A DNA stretch of 64,000 nucleotides from Desulfobacterales bacterium (GTDB lineage: Bacteria; Desulfobacterota; Desulfobacteria; Desulfobacterales; UBA5616): positions 56,510 to 120,509 of the forward strand of contig JAWODC010000040.1 in the NCBI GenBank assembly GCA_046483495.1, written 5' to 3'. Below are positions 19,118-28,943 of this stretch, piece by piece (position 1 is the stretch's first letter; every line of letters begins with the position of its first letter). Both the position numbers and the translations under genes were made by a program. The notes under the pieces are model-generated. The model saw nothing but the letters and a program-made list of their open reading frames with translations, did no database searches and was not told the DNA's origin.

Positions 19118-19696
19118 TCACGGCAACTCCACCTCTTCGGGTGTTTTCGGTCCGGCGGGCGTTGAATAGATGCCCCAACCCGATGCTCCGCCGCGTGGAT
19201 GCTCTTCGGGAGGGGAGTAGGACGGCTTTGCCGCCAACGCCTCTTTGCCGCCGGGTAGGACCACTATTCGATCCGATTCCCAAGGGAGTTTCTCTTCGGT
19301 TCCCTCCGGCGTCCGGATCGTTCGATACGTCCACTGCGTTTCGAACTCAAGGCTGCCGATATCCAGTGCGATCATTTTTTCACCGATATCCAGGAATCCC
19401 CCCGTCGCAACGACGATGTGATGGATTTTACCCTGAGCCGTAAAAAGAATGTCCTCGATCTCCGCGATTTGTTCCCCCTGCGGGTTATTGACGGCACTGC
19501 CTAAAAGATCGGAGGCACTGAGAATGGTCGGTTGATCCGCGGCATTCGAAGGCTTTTCTTTTGCTGTTTTCTCTGCGTCGGCGTTTTGTGCCGACAAAGG
19601 GGCGGAAAACGCAGCCAAAAAAAGTCCGATGCATAAAAATACAAGGAGGATAGTGTACTTACCGTTTTTGCAGGCTTTTTTCTGATGAAGTTTCAT
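19118..19696 (-). CDS. Secreted PRC-barrel domain protein
   Basis: Signal peptide; ASDLLGSAVNNPQGEQIAEIEDILF...VVATGGFLDIGEK. Confidence 0.85.
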   Translation of the reverse strand: MKLHQKKACKNGKYTILLVFLCIGLFLAAFSAPLSAQNADAEKTAKEKPSNAADQPTILSASDLLGSAVNNPQGEQIAEIEDILFTAQGKIHHIVVATGGFLDIGEKMIALDIGSLEFETQWTYRTIRTPEGTEEKLPWESDRIVVLPGGKEALAAKPSYSPPEEHPRGGASGWGIYSTPAGPKTPEEVELP

Positions 19697-19733
19697 AGTC
19701 AATCTCCAGTGGGTGGTTGTGCAGTAATTCATG

Positions 19734-20858
19734 TCACCGTGACTTGCTCATCAGGGCATGCCGCATGACATTGAGCTTGTTGGCCGCTCCGGCAAGACGA
19801 TAGGCACTGACGAAATAGTGCAAAAATGTAGCCAATGATCCGCTCACCTTTTTGCCCAGAAATGTGCCGCAGGAATTCCAATTCGCCATCGGTATAAAGA
19901 AACCGTAATCCACCGGCTTAAATGCAGCAAGTCCTTGACCTCGCATACTCCTGAGTATGTTTTCGGCGGCATGGCTCCCTTGCCTTACGGCCATTTGCGC
20001 AGCCATTCGCGGGCAGTTGCCCTGAGAAGGGTAACAGCCGGTATTGCCGACGGCATAGGCGTTTTCGGAGAATCGAAGAAAGGCATCCGTGGATATTCGC
20101 CCCTGGGATTCTTTGGGCGTGTCGAGCCGGTCGACGATCCCGGGCGCCTTCATGCCGGCGCTCCAGATGAGGAGTGCATTTTTAAACGTGTTTCCATCGG
20201 AAAGTGTCACCTCCCTGTTTTCTATGCCGTTTACCCGTGTTTCCAGGAGAATGTCGATGTTCCAGTTTGCCAGGTTGTTGCGTGTATAGGCCTTCATCCA
20301 GTCAGGCACCGGGCCGAGGATGGAATCAGCCATTTCAACAATGGTTACGGATTTGTTTTGATGATGCACCTGGAGATGCTTTCGGATGTGGGTTGCAACT
20401 TCCACGCCGGTATATCCGCCGCCGCAAACTACGAATGTGTCATAGCCGCCCCGGCTTACGGCATATGCGATCCTGTCGCCGTCATATACATCATCGAGTT
20501 TCAAGGCTTTTTCCTTTAATGGATCGTTTCCGTAGAAATTGGTTTCCGAGCCGGTTGCCATGATCAGATAATCGTAAGGAATCGTTTCCTTTTTCGCCGT
20601 TACAAGCCCCTGCTCGAGTTCGATTCGGGACACTTCATCGAGAACGAACCGGAAACCGTAAGCATGACGATACGCTTCTATCGGGTACACCATATGTCGG
20701 ATGGGAATCGACCGGCTGATGATATCGGGCAACAGCGGCTTGAAATGCATGGTTTCGAATCGGTTGATCAAGGTGACATCCACAGCGGGCAGATGGGAAA
20801 GTCCTTTTGCGGCCGCCAGCCCGCCGAAACCGCCTCCGACAATCACAACCCGTTTCAT
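19734..20858 (-). CDS. NDH-2-like FAD/NAD(P)-dependent oxidoreductase
   Basis: VVIVGGGFGG, YDYLIMATGS, GGGYTGVE, AQMAVRQG. Confidence 0.85.
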   Translation of the reverse strand: MKRVVIVGGGFGGLAAAKGLSHLPAVDVTLINRFETMHFKPLLPDIISRSIPIRHMVYPIEAYRHAYGFRFVLDEVSRIELEQGLVTAKKETIPYDYLIMATGSETNFYGNDPLKEKALKLDDVYDGDRIAYAVSRGGYDTFVVCGGGYTGVEVATHIRKHLQVHHQNKSVTIVEMADSILGPVPDWMKAYTRNNLANWNIDILLETRVNGIENREVTLSDGNTFKNALLIWSAGMKAPGIVDRLDTPKESQGRISTDAFLRFSENAYAVGNTGCYPSQGNCPRMAAQMAVRQGSHAAENILRSMRGQGLAAFKPVDYGFFIPMANWNSCGTFLGKKVSGSLATFLHYFVSAYRLAGAANKLNVMRHALMSKSR

Positions 20859-21140
20859 ACCGCCTCCAGTTCCAAAGATAGATTCATAAAGACTTTCAGA
20901 CTGTCAGAATTTTTCCAGAATTTTTTGGATAAGGCTATACGGTAAATCCCCCAGCCGAATTTCCGGACCCGGGTATTTTTTTAAGCATTTCGATGTATCT
21001 GAAGCTGCATCGGATTACCGTTTCATAATGCGTCAAATGGAGCATTCCCCGTATGGCAGCCGTTGCGGTATTCAAGATAGGGATATAAAAGCGGCGAAAG
21101 ACGAAAAGTTCGAAACATAACCGAGGAGCGACAGAGAAAA

Positions 21141-22406
21141 ATGGCGGAACTGATCCTGTACAACCAGTTGGTCAAGGGAATGCATGCTTTCACCCCCCGC
21201 GAAAAGGGGCGCGTCAAGCTCTTTACCTGCGGACCCAGCGTATACCGGCGCCAGCATCTGGGAAATTACCGTACATACCTGTTTGAAGACGTTTTGCATA
21301 AATACTTGGAATACAAAGGCCTCGAGGTCAATCGGGTGATCAACTTCACCGACATCGAGGATAAAGCCATTCGAGAGGCCCGAGAGAAAGGCACCAGTGT
21401 CGAAAACCTCAGGCGACCCGTAGAAGAGGCTTTTTTCAACGAATGCGCTATGCTGAAGATTCGCCTGCCGGAAAATATTCCGCGCGCCTCCACAAGTGTG
21501 CATTCCGCCGTGGACCTTATTGAAAGCCTGATCGACAGGGGCCATGCCTATTGGCATAAAGGGGAGGCTTTTTATGATCCCTTGACCTTTCCGGGCTTTG
21601 GAAGGATTTATGGCCTGGACATGAGCCGCTGGCCTGAAAAGAAGATCCGTTTCCGGCAGGACACGTATCCCGGCCAACGGTGGAACTTGGGTGATTTCAT
21701 TCTCTGGCACAAACAAAAAAATGTCGAAGCGGAACCCTTCTGGGATACCGAAATCGGCCGCGGCCGTCCGGCCTGGAATATCCAGGATGCGGCGATGATC
21801 CGGAAGCAGCTCGGATTCGAGATCGATATCCACACCGGCGGCATCGACAATCTTTTTCGGCATCATGACTACACCATGTCCATCATGGAGGGTGCATCCG
21901 GAAAACGGTTCTGCCCTTGGTGGCTGCATGGCGGTCACCTGCTCGTAAACGGCCGAAAAATGTCAAAATCAACTGGGAATGTCGTCTACCCTGAACACTG
22001 CATGGATCAGGGATTTGCACCCCGGCATATCCGGTTTTTCCTTCTGTACGGTCCCTATCGGGACAAGCTGGATATGCGCGATTCCGTTATGCATGAACGG
22101 GCCGGATATCTGGATCGCGTGCGGCGCCTGGTTCACAGACTATGCACCGGCGTTGCCGAACGCGCCGGGAAATGCGATGCACATCCGGCCGCGGATGTAA
22201 AAGCCGCCTTCGAGTCGGGCATGGACAACAATCTCGATGTTGCCGGAGCTTTCGATGCAATGACGGATCAGCTGATCCGGGCGGTGCATATCGATGCGTC
22301 GACAGGCATCGACTCCCGGAAGCGAGAGGCGCTTCGCACTGCACTATCGGATGTGGATAAGGTGTTTTGCGTACTCAACATCGACTCGTCAGACGGGATG
22401 AAATAA
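21141..22406 (+). CDS. Cysteinyl-tRNA synthetase paralog (class I aaRS catalytic domain, C-terminally truncated)
   Basis: CGPSVY..HLGN, NFTDIEDK, DFILW, KMSKS; WNIQD replaces WHIEC; 421 aa, ends before the anticodon-binding domain. Confidence 0.85.
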   Translation: MAELILYNQLVKGMHAFTPREKGRVKLFTCGPSVYRRQHLGNYRTYLFEDVLHKYLEYKGLEVNRVINFTDIEDKAIREAREKGTSVENLRRPVEEAFFNECAMLKIRLPENIPRASTSVHSAVDLIESLIDRGHAYWHKGEAFYDPLTFPGFGRIYGLDMSRWPEKKIRFRQDTYPGQRWNLGDFILWHKQKNVEAEPFWDTEIGRGRPAWNIQDAAMIRKQLGFEIDIHTGGIDNLFRHHDYTMSIMEGASGKRFCPWWLHGGHLLVNGRKMSKSTGNVVYPEHCMDQGFAPRHIRFFLLYGPYRDKLDMRDSVMHERAGYLDRVRRLVHRLCTGVAERAGKCDAHPAADVKAAFESGMDNNLDVAGAFDAMTDQLIRAVHIDASTGIDSRKREALRTALSDVDKVFCVLNIDSSDGMK

Positions 22407-22477
22407 AATCGGCGGCCGTTGGTAATGACCCCGTACAGGAATTCGAAACAGATCGGTGCAGCAGGCTTAAAAACAGC

Positions 22478-23386
22478 ATGAATATTATCGAGGTGCGGAA
22501 TACCGTGAAGCGCTTCGGCGGCTTTGCCGCCGTTGACGGCATTAGTTTTCATGTGAAAAGCGGCGAGTTCTTCGGCGTCCTCGGCCCGAACGGAGCGGGC
22601 AAAACATCGGCCATTCGAATGATCTATGGCTTCTCGCCCGTGACCAGCGGAGAAATGCGCGTTTTCGGCCTCGACATCAGGACCGATTGGCGGACGATTC
22701 GTTCGCGTCTGGGGGTATGCCAGCAGGAAAACACGCTGGACCCGGACTTGACGGTTGAACAGAATCTTTTGCTGTATGCACGATATTTTGAAATGAAACG
22801 GTCACGGGCCCGGATGCGCTCTGCGGAACTGCTTCAGTTTTTTGCGCTTACCCATAAACGCAACGCAAAAGTCATGGAACTGTCGGGCGGACTGGCACGA
22901 CGGCTTCAACTCGCACGGGCGATGATGCCGGAGCCCGAACTGCTGATTTTAGACGAGCCGACAACGGGGCTCGATCCGCAGTCCAGGCACCAGGTGTGGG
23001 ATAGGCTTTTCGGACTCAAAAAGCAGGGACTGACCATGCTGCTGACGACCCACTACATGGATGAAGCCGAAAGTCTTTGTGACCGGCTTCTGATCATGGA
23101 TCACGGAAAGATCATTGCCGAGGGCCGGCCGCAGGAGCTGATCACCGATCACGCGGGCGAGAGTGTCATCGAGATTCATGGTCCGAGTAAAGAGCTCAAA
23201 GCCTTTATTCGTGACCGCAGCGTGATTCATGATGATCTGGGTGAACGAATGATTATCTACACAGAGGCCCAAGGCGAATTGGAGCATGAGATCCGCCGAA
23301 CGTACTGCATGGAATCATGTATCTTTCGCGCGGGGAATCTTGAGGACGTCTTTCTCCGTTTAACCGGAAGGGAGCTGCGCGAATGA
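22478..23386 (+). CDS. ABC exporter ATP-binding subunit, NodI-like
   Basis: GPNGAGKT, LSGG, LILDEPTTGLDPQ, LTTHYMDEAE, LEDVFLRLTGRELRE. Confidence 0.9.
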   Translation: MNIIEVRNTVKRFGGFAAVDGISFHVKSGEFFGVLGPNGAGKTSAIRMIYGFSPVTSGEMRVFGLDIRTDWRTIRSRLGVCQQENTLDPDLTVEQNLLLYARYFEMKRSRARMRSAELLQFFALTHKRNAKVMELSGGLARRLQLARAMMPEPELLILDEPTTGLDPQSRHQVWDRLFGLKKQGLTMLLTTHYMDEAESLCDRLLIMDHGKIIAEGRPQELITDHAGESVIEIHGPSKELKAFIRDRSVIHDDLGERMIIYTEAQGELEHEIRRTYCMESCIFRAGNLEDVFLRLTGRELRE

Positions 23387-24174
23387 ACCGGGTCGATTTT
23401 GCCGCCATATCGCTTCGCTTTCGGCATGTCTGGTTCAGGAACCTGATTACTTACCGCCGCATCTGGCGGGTCAACTTCCTGGTGCCGCTGCTGGAGCCCG
23501 GGTTTTACATTCTGGCCTTCGGGCTGGGGTTTTCCGGGCTGATCGGCAATGTATCCTATGCCGGTCTTCGATTGGAGTATACGCAATTCATGGCCCCTGC
23601 TCTGGTGGCCACGGCCTGCATGTGGAACTCCTTTTTCGAGACGTCCTACACGTCTTTTGTACGCATGTACTACCAAAAGACATTCGACGGCATTTTAGCC
23701 ACCCCCATGAGTTTGGAAGAGATCATCATAGCGGAAATTGTATGGGCCGCATCAAAAGCGGCGGCCGCGGTGACCGTGATGCTGGCCGTACTCGTCCCCA
23801 TAGGGTATGCAATGTTTCCATGGGCGCTTATGTGCATTCCGCTGGCCTTTTTGGGCGGGTTGGCCTTTGGGGCCATCGGCATGTATTTTACCGGAATCAT
23901 TCCAACCATTGATATGTTCAATCTGCCGATCTTCTTATTCATTACACCGATGTTTCTGTTTTCGGGCACGTTTTTCCCTGTCTCGGGCATCCCGGATTGG
24001 GCCGGGATCTTTTCACTGGTGTTCCCATTGTACCACCTTGTGGAATTGACGCGCTTTTTCTGTATCGGGGCGATGGAGTCCAATCCCTTCTTCAATGTAT
24101 TTTACCTGTTCATCTTTACCCTGTTATTCGGATTTCTGGCCCTTATTTCCATGAAACGGCGATTGATTCAGTAG
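23383..24174 (+). CDS. ABC-2 exporter permease, NodJ-like
   Basis: Multiple TM helices; Y.QF.APAL, TPMFLFSGTFFP, PLYHLVEL; overlaps the ATPase stop. Confidence 0.9.
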   Translation: MNRVDFAAISLRFRHVWFRNLITYRRIWRVNFLVPLLEPGFYILAFGLGFSGLIGNVSYAGLRLEYTQFMAPALVATACMWNSFFETSYTSFVRMYYQKTFDGILATPMSLEEIIIAEIVWAASKAAAAVTVMLAVLVPIGYAMFPWALMCIPLAFLGGLAFGAIGMYFTGIIPTIDMFNLPIFLFITPMFLFSGTFFPVSGIPDWAGIFSLVFPLYHLVELTRFFCIGAMESNPFFNVFYLFIFTLLFGFLALISMKRRLIQ

Positions 24175-24331
24175 GAGGAGGCGTTCGGGACAGAAAGCGT
24201 TTCAGGCGGAAAACCGGCACATCCGCTATTCCGGAGGGGTATGCGTTATCGGATTAAGGTTGATTTTTCTGCACCGGTGTGGAAGTAATTTCAATGTGAT
24301 TAAACCGAATCCATTCGACAGGCCTTCACAA

Positions 24332-25792
24332 ATGACCGCCCGGCTGCCGGCGAAATTGACTGTAGTGTTGGTGTACGGCCGGCCCGTTCTGGTTTTCGGA
24401 GGAATGATATGCGCCCTCGCCGTCATGTGGGGCCGAAATGCCTCCGTGTATCTTTTCGGCGTTTCTTTTTTGCTGGTGTCCATGACCTTTGACCTCATCG
24501 ACGGCTGGTTTGCCGCCCGTTTCAGACCGCAGGCGCCGTTGGCGCCTTTAGCGGACCGGATCATGGACAAGCTCGTTTATTCGATTACTTTTCCGGTGGT
24601 TGCAGTGGGAATGATGTGGCGGCTTATTGATGCCCAGCCGTCCCGCATGCAATTGATGCACGCCCTTTTTGTCCTGATCGTGTGCGTTACGGTCCTCATC
24701 CGTGACAACTTCGCCGCTTTCATGCGAAGCTTCGGGCTTCGTCAGGGAAATGAACCGGAATCCATTGAATTTACACGTCTTCGAACAGTAGTGGCGGCGC
24801 CGGTCGGGGTGGTCCTCTACATGTATGCATTCTATGTACCGGGGGGTCCGCCCAACCCGATTTACCGCTTATTATCCCGAATAGCCGACCTGCCGTTGAG
24901 CAGCCTTTTTTTCATCGAGATCTTGTTTTTGATCATCAATTTCGGTTCCATAGCCGTTTACTGCCGCAAATACGGTGATGTGTGTCTCGATGAACTGTGT
25001 TTCGGAGACCAGCTTCTCAGACGCAGAATTCTGTCGGTGCTGCCGAATGCACTGACGGTGATGAATGCCATCATGGGGTTGATCGGTGTTTTTTTTGCCT
25101 ATCAAGGCCGATTTCGGGAAATGTACTTGATGGTGATCGGCGCGGCCACATTCGACAAACTTGACGGGGCCTTGGCGCGCCGGCTGGGGCTGACGCATCC
25201 GCTTCCGAATGCTCCCGAGAAAAAAAGGGTGAATCTCGGCAACCTGATGGATGATTTTGCCGATGCCGTCAGCTTTTGCATTGCACCGGCCTGGATTTTT
25301 TATATTGCCATGACCGACTTCGGCCATGAACGTACGATTGACGTGCCTGTCGAATGGGTCGCCGGTTTATATGCACTTGCAGGCATTGCCCGGCTGGTCT
25401 ACTTTACCGTGGACAAAAACCCCATTCCCGGTTTTTTCAAGGGCATGCCCACCCCAGCGGCAGCACTGCTGGTGCTTTCGCCCATCGTAATTTACGGCCA
25501 GGCTTTAATCAGCCATCCGGAAAGGGCCGAATTCTGGGGAGCGTTTTCCGCGTGGCTGATGCTGTTTTCCGTAATCCTCATGAACGTGTATCCGGTTCGT
25601 TATATCCATGTGGGTCGGGCCATGAGCCGGAATCCATGGCTCACCCGTTTTATCGCCGTTGTCTTGATTTTCTCTGCGTTTACGCCGTTTCTGGGCCATG
25701 TCGGTCTGGCCTTTATGGCCGTGTATCTCCTGTCGCCGCCGGTCACGTGGAAAATTCATCCCGAAGACGCCGCCCGGGAAGTCCGCAGCTAG
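24332..25792 (+). CDS. Tandem CDP-alcohol phosphatidyltransferase (PgsA-like plus PssA-like domains)
   Basis: Two CDP-AP motifs DLIDGWFAAR..LADRIMD and DKLDGALARR..GNLMDDFAD; FFKGMPTPAAA; start uncertain (24260-24332). Confidence 0.85.
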   Translation: MTARLPAKLTVVLVYGRPVLVFGGMICALAVMWGRNASVYLFGVSFLLVSMTFDLIDGWFAARFRPQAPLAPLADRIMDKLVYSITFPVVAVGMMWRLIDAQPSRMQLMHALFVLIVCVTVLIRDNFAAFMRSFGLRQGNEPESIEFTRLRTVVAAPVGVVLYMYAFYVPGGPPNPIYRLLSRIADLPLSSLFFIEILFLIINFGSIAVYCRKYGDVCLDELCFGDQLLRRRILSVLPNALTVMNAIMGLIGVFFAYQGRFREMYLMVIGAATFDKLDGALARRLGLTHPLPNAPEKKRVNLGNLMDDFADAVSFCIAPAWIFYIAMTDFGHERTIDVPVEWVAGLYALAGIARLVYFTVDKNPIPGFFKGMPTPAAALLVLSPIVIYGQALISHPERAEFWGAFSAWLMLFSVILMNVYPVRYIHVGRAMSRNPWLTRFIAVVLIFSAFTPFLGHVGLAFMAVYLLSPPVTWKIHPEDAAREVRS

Positions 25793-25972
25793 TGTTTAAA
25801 TCCTGATCACGAAAATACCGCCTCAGGCCTCTCATCTACCCTGTTTTGTATCCTCAAATGAATAGTTCAGCCCATGGATCGAATATGGAAGCTGAATCTA
25901 TGATTGATGACAACACGATCCGCCGGGGCGGTGGATCGGCCCTTGATTTTTTTATTCGACAAGGAAGGAATA

Positions 25973-28018
25973 ATGAAAGACTTTCAAAGAGATTTCGAAA
26001 CACTGCGCAATAAAATGATTGAATATCACCTGAAGGCGAGGGGTGTGGACGATCCGGCCGTGTTAAACGCCATGAAGGAAGTTCCACGGGAAAAATTCGT
26101 TCCCGATCACCTGAGCGAATTTGCCTATGAGGATTCGCCCCTGCCCATCGGCGAAGGCCAGACGATTTCCCAGCCGTACATTGTCGCTGCCATGACCCTG
26201 TATTTAGAGGTGGCCGAAAATGACCGGGTGCTGGAAATCGGTACGGGTTCCGGCTATGCCGCCGCCGTTTTGAGCCGTCTTGTAAAGCAGGTATTTACAA
26301 TAGAGCGTCATGAGAGCCTTATAACGGCGGCAAAAGAGCGTTTTTCAGAATTGGGATTTGACAATGTCGAGGTGATCTATGGCGACGGGACACTCGGGCT
26401 GCCGGAAAAGGCACCGTTCGATGCCATTTTGGTGACGGCGGGCGCTCCCCATATTCCCGAGCCCCTCAAGCAGCAGCTTGCCGTAGGGGGAAGAATGGTG
26501 ATTCCCGTCGGCGGAAGTTCACGCGCCCAGGAACTGATGCGTGTTCGGCGAAATTCGGAAGATGATTTCAGCCGGGAAGAGCTGGCTTCGGTGCGGTTCG
26601 TGCCGCTTGTCGGTCAGGCGGGATGGCAGGCGCCTGAATCTGTCGATCCGCCTGATCCTCAACCATCCGGTCGGCAAGGCCCTGTATTCTCCGATGCACG
26701 CGATTCCGGGGTGCGGTCCAAACCCTATTCAGAAATTATCGGCCGACATGCCGATATCGTATCGTCCATAGGAGAGACCGATCTGACGCCCCTGCTCGAT
26801 CGGATCGGGGATTCCCGTATCGTTCTTCTGGGTGAAGCCACTCACGGATCGGCTGAATTCTACGATATGCGCGCCCGCATTACCCGTGAATTGATTCAGC
26901 ACAAACATTTCACACTGGTGGCCATCGAGGCGGATTGGCCGGATACTGCTCAAATCGACCGCTACATCAGCGGCAAGGTCGCCGAAACGCCGGTGGAAAA
27001 ACCGTTCACCCGATTTCCAACATGGATGTGGGCCAATGTGCAGTTCGCCGACTTCGTGGAGTGGCTGCATCGGTACAACGAAGAAAACGGATTCGGCCGG
27101 CAGGCCGTGAATCTTTACGGACTCGATCTTTACAGCATGTATACATCCATCGGCGAGGTTCTTCGGTTTTTGGATGCCAAAGATCCTCACACCGCCGCGA
27201 TAGCCCGGCAGCGCTACGGCTGCTTGACACCCTGGCAGAACGACCCGGCTGCTTACGGCGCCGCGGCTTTATCGGGAAATTTTGAAGCCTGTGAAGAAGA
27301 GGTCGTCAGTATGCTGCAGGAGATGCTGGAAAAAAGATCCCGATACGGTCCGGGGGATTACCACGGGTTCCTCGATGCCGTTCAGAACGCACGGCTGATT
27401 GCCAATGCCGAGCGGTATTACCGTGCCATGTATTATGGCTCCCGGGATTCATGGAATCTCCGCGACCGGCACATGTTCGACACCCTGAGACTGGTGCTGA
27501 ACTTTCACGGCGAGAGGGCGAAGGCGGTGGTATGGGAACACAATTCACACATCGGCAATGCCGCGGCGACCGAAATGGGGGCGGGCGGAGAATACAATGT
27601 GGGATCATTCTGCCGGGAAGAATACGGAAAAGAGGCCTATCTGGTCGGTTTTGGAACGGATCACGGCACAGTGGCGGCGGCATCGGAATGGGACCGGCCC
27701 ATGGAGGTCAAGAACGTCCGTCCGGCCCGGGAGGACAGTTATGAACACGTATGCCATGAAAGCGGCATCAGCGCCTTTATCCTGCCGCTCAATGGCCCGG
27801 ACCGCAGGGATGTCCGCCGTGCGTTTATCGAGGAGAGGCTCGAAAGGGCCATCGGCGTCGTCTATTCACCCGAAACAGAGCTGCAAAGCCACTATTTTCA
27901 TGCCGTGCTGCCGAACCAGTTCGATGAGTTCGTCTGGTTCGACGAAACGCATGCCGTCACTCCATTGAGTGATGTTCGCGGGCGCGAGTTTCCGGCGACG
28001 TTCCCGTTCGGCGTTTGA
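25973..28018 (+). CDS. pcm: Protein-L-isoaspartate O-methyltransferase fused to an erythromycin-esterase-family domain
   Basis: GQTISQPYIV, VLEIGTGSGY, APFDAILVTAG; then LLGEATHG, FPTWMW, WNLRD, WEHNSHIG, ERAIGVVY. Confidence 0.9.
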   Translation: MKDFQRDFETLRNKMIEYHLKARGVDDPAVLNAMKEVPREKFVPDHLSEFAYEDSPLPIGEGQTISQPYIVAAMTLYLEVAENDRVLEIGTGSGYAAAVLSRLVKQVFTIERHESLITAAKERFSELGFDNVEVIYGDGTLGLPEKAPFDAILVTAGAPHIPEPLKQQLAVGGRMVIPVGGSSRAQELMRVRRNSEDDFSREELASVRFVPLVGQAGWQAPESVDPPDPQPSGRQGPVFSDARDSGVRSKPYSEIIGRHADIVSSIGETDLTPLLDRIGDSRIVLLGEATHGSAEFYDMRARITRELIQHKHFTLVAIEADWPDTAQIDRYISGKVAETPVEKPFTRFPTWMWANVQFADFVEWLHRYNEENGFGRQAVNLYGLDLYSMYTSIGEVLRFLDAKDPHTAAIARQRYGCLTPWQNDPAAYGAAALSGNFEACEEEVVSMLQEMLEKRSRYGPGDYHGFLDAVQNARLIANAERYYRAMYYGSRDSWNLRDRHMFDTLRLVLNFHGERAKAVVWEHNSHIGNAAATEMGAGGEYNVGSFCREEYGKEAYLVGFGTDHGTVAAASEWDRPMEVKNVRPAREDSYEHVCHESGISAFILPLNGPDRRDVRRAFIEERLERAIGVVYSPETELQSHYFHAVLPNQFDEFVWFDETHAVTPLSDVRGREFPATFPFGV

Positions 28019-28044
28019 GAAGACCGGTCCGACGGGTTGTGCTT

Positions 28045-28584
28045 TCAGGCTCCGGGCGGCTGTGAAGGAATTCCGAATATGGCGAACACCGCGGCGATAA
28101 TGAGCACTTGAACAATCCATCCAATGACGCATACGCCCAGGGCTCTGAACGTGCTCTCGTAGTCCAGGGCCTGACGAACGGCGATCACCATGGCAATCAG
28201 CATCCATATGCCGGCGGCGAAGAAAATAATGCCGGTGAGGCCGGGGATGATGCCGAGAATACGGATGATGCCCGGTGAGCTCGAGAAGCCGATCGCGCGA
28301 AGCAGTTCGCTGTAGTCGGCTTTTGTTTGAGGCGTCGGCAGAATTTTGGTGCCGATGAAATAGGTTAGAAAAGCCCAGATGAACCATCCCACCAGGGCGG
28401 CCAGCATCCCGAAAACCAGGCCGGTTCCGCCGCCTTGAGTCAGAGAGCCGATACCGGCAGCAAGACTGGAGAGCAGAACCACTCCCACTGCCTGACCCAT
28501 GGCTGAACGATCTGCTTCAACCTCTTCGAACAATTGGGGATCCAATTTTGCCGCGCGCACCATGCGATTTACATAGGGATTCAT
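28045..28584 (-). CDS. YIP1-family membrane protein
   Basis: About 5 TM helices, FEEVEAD, AVRQALDY; RBS AAGGA before ATG 28584. Confidence 0.75.
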   Translation of the reverse strand: MNPYVNRMVRAAKLDPQLFEEVEADRSAMGQAVGVVLLSSLAAGIGSLTQGGGTGLVFGMLAALVGWFIWAFLTYFIGTKILPTPQTKADYSELLRAIGFSSSPGIIRILGIIPGLTGIIFFAAGIWMLIAMVIAVRQALDYESTFRALGVCVIGWIVQVLIIAAVFAIFGIPSQPPGA

Positions 28585-28943
28585 CTGTTTTTTCCTTTTT
28601 TGTGGTGTAATGGTTGTATACCGGTATGCCTTTTTTGATTTGGCAATAAAACATACCATATCTGATGACGATTCAACTTTCAAGAGAACTTTCGGGGTTC
28701 ATGACGGGTGCGATGAGCGAGACGGGATGGGGGCTTGCATAGGCGTTTCTCGATACCTGAATGCCGCAGCAGCCTTGGTATGCCCGGACAAAAAGGTCGA
28801 CCTGAACAAGGTGGACCTTTCATCGAAAAAGGGATATGTTCGAGGTTCGAGGTCAACGGTAAAATGGCGGTGCGCCTTCGGCCGTCCGCCGTTTTTGCCT
28901 TAAACTCGAACTCGCCCCAACTATTCGGAAACAGTGGAGCCAT

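Noticed and set aside
22478..24174. Nodulation genes nodIJ
   Set aside because: Generic ABC-2 exporter subfamily; no nodABC present
26740..28018. Erythromycin resistance gene
   Set aside because: Family membership alone does not imply macrolide activity; the domain is fused to PIMT and has no mobile context
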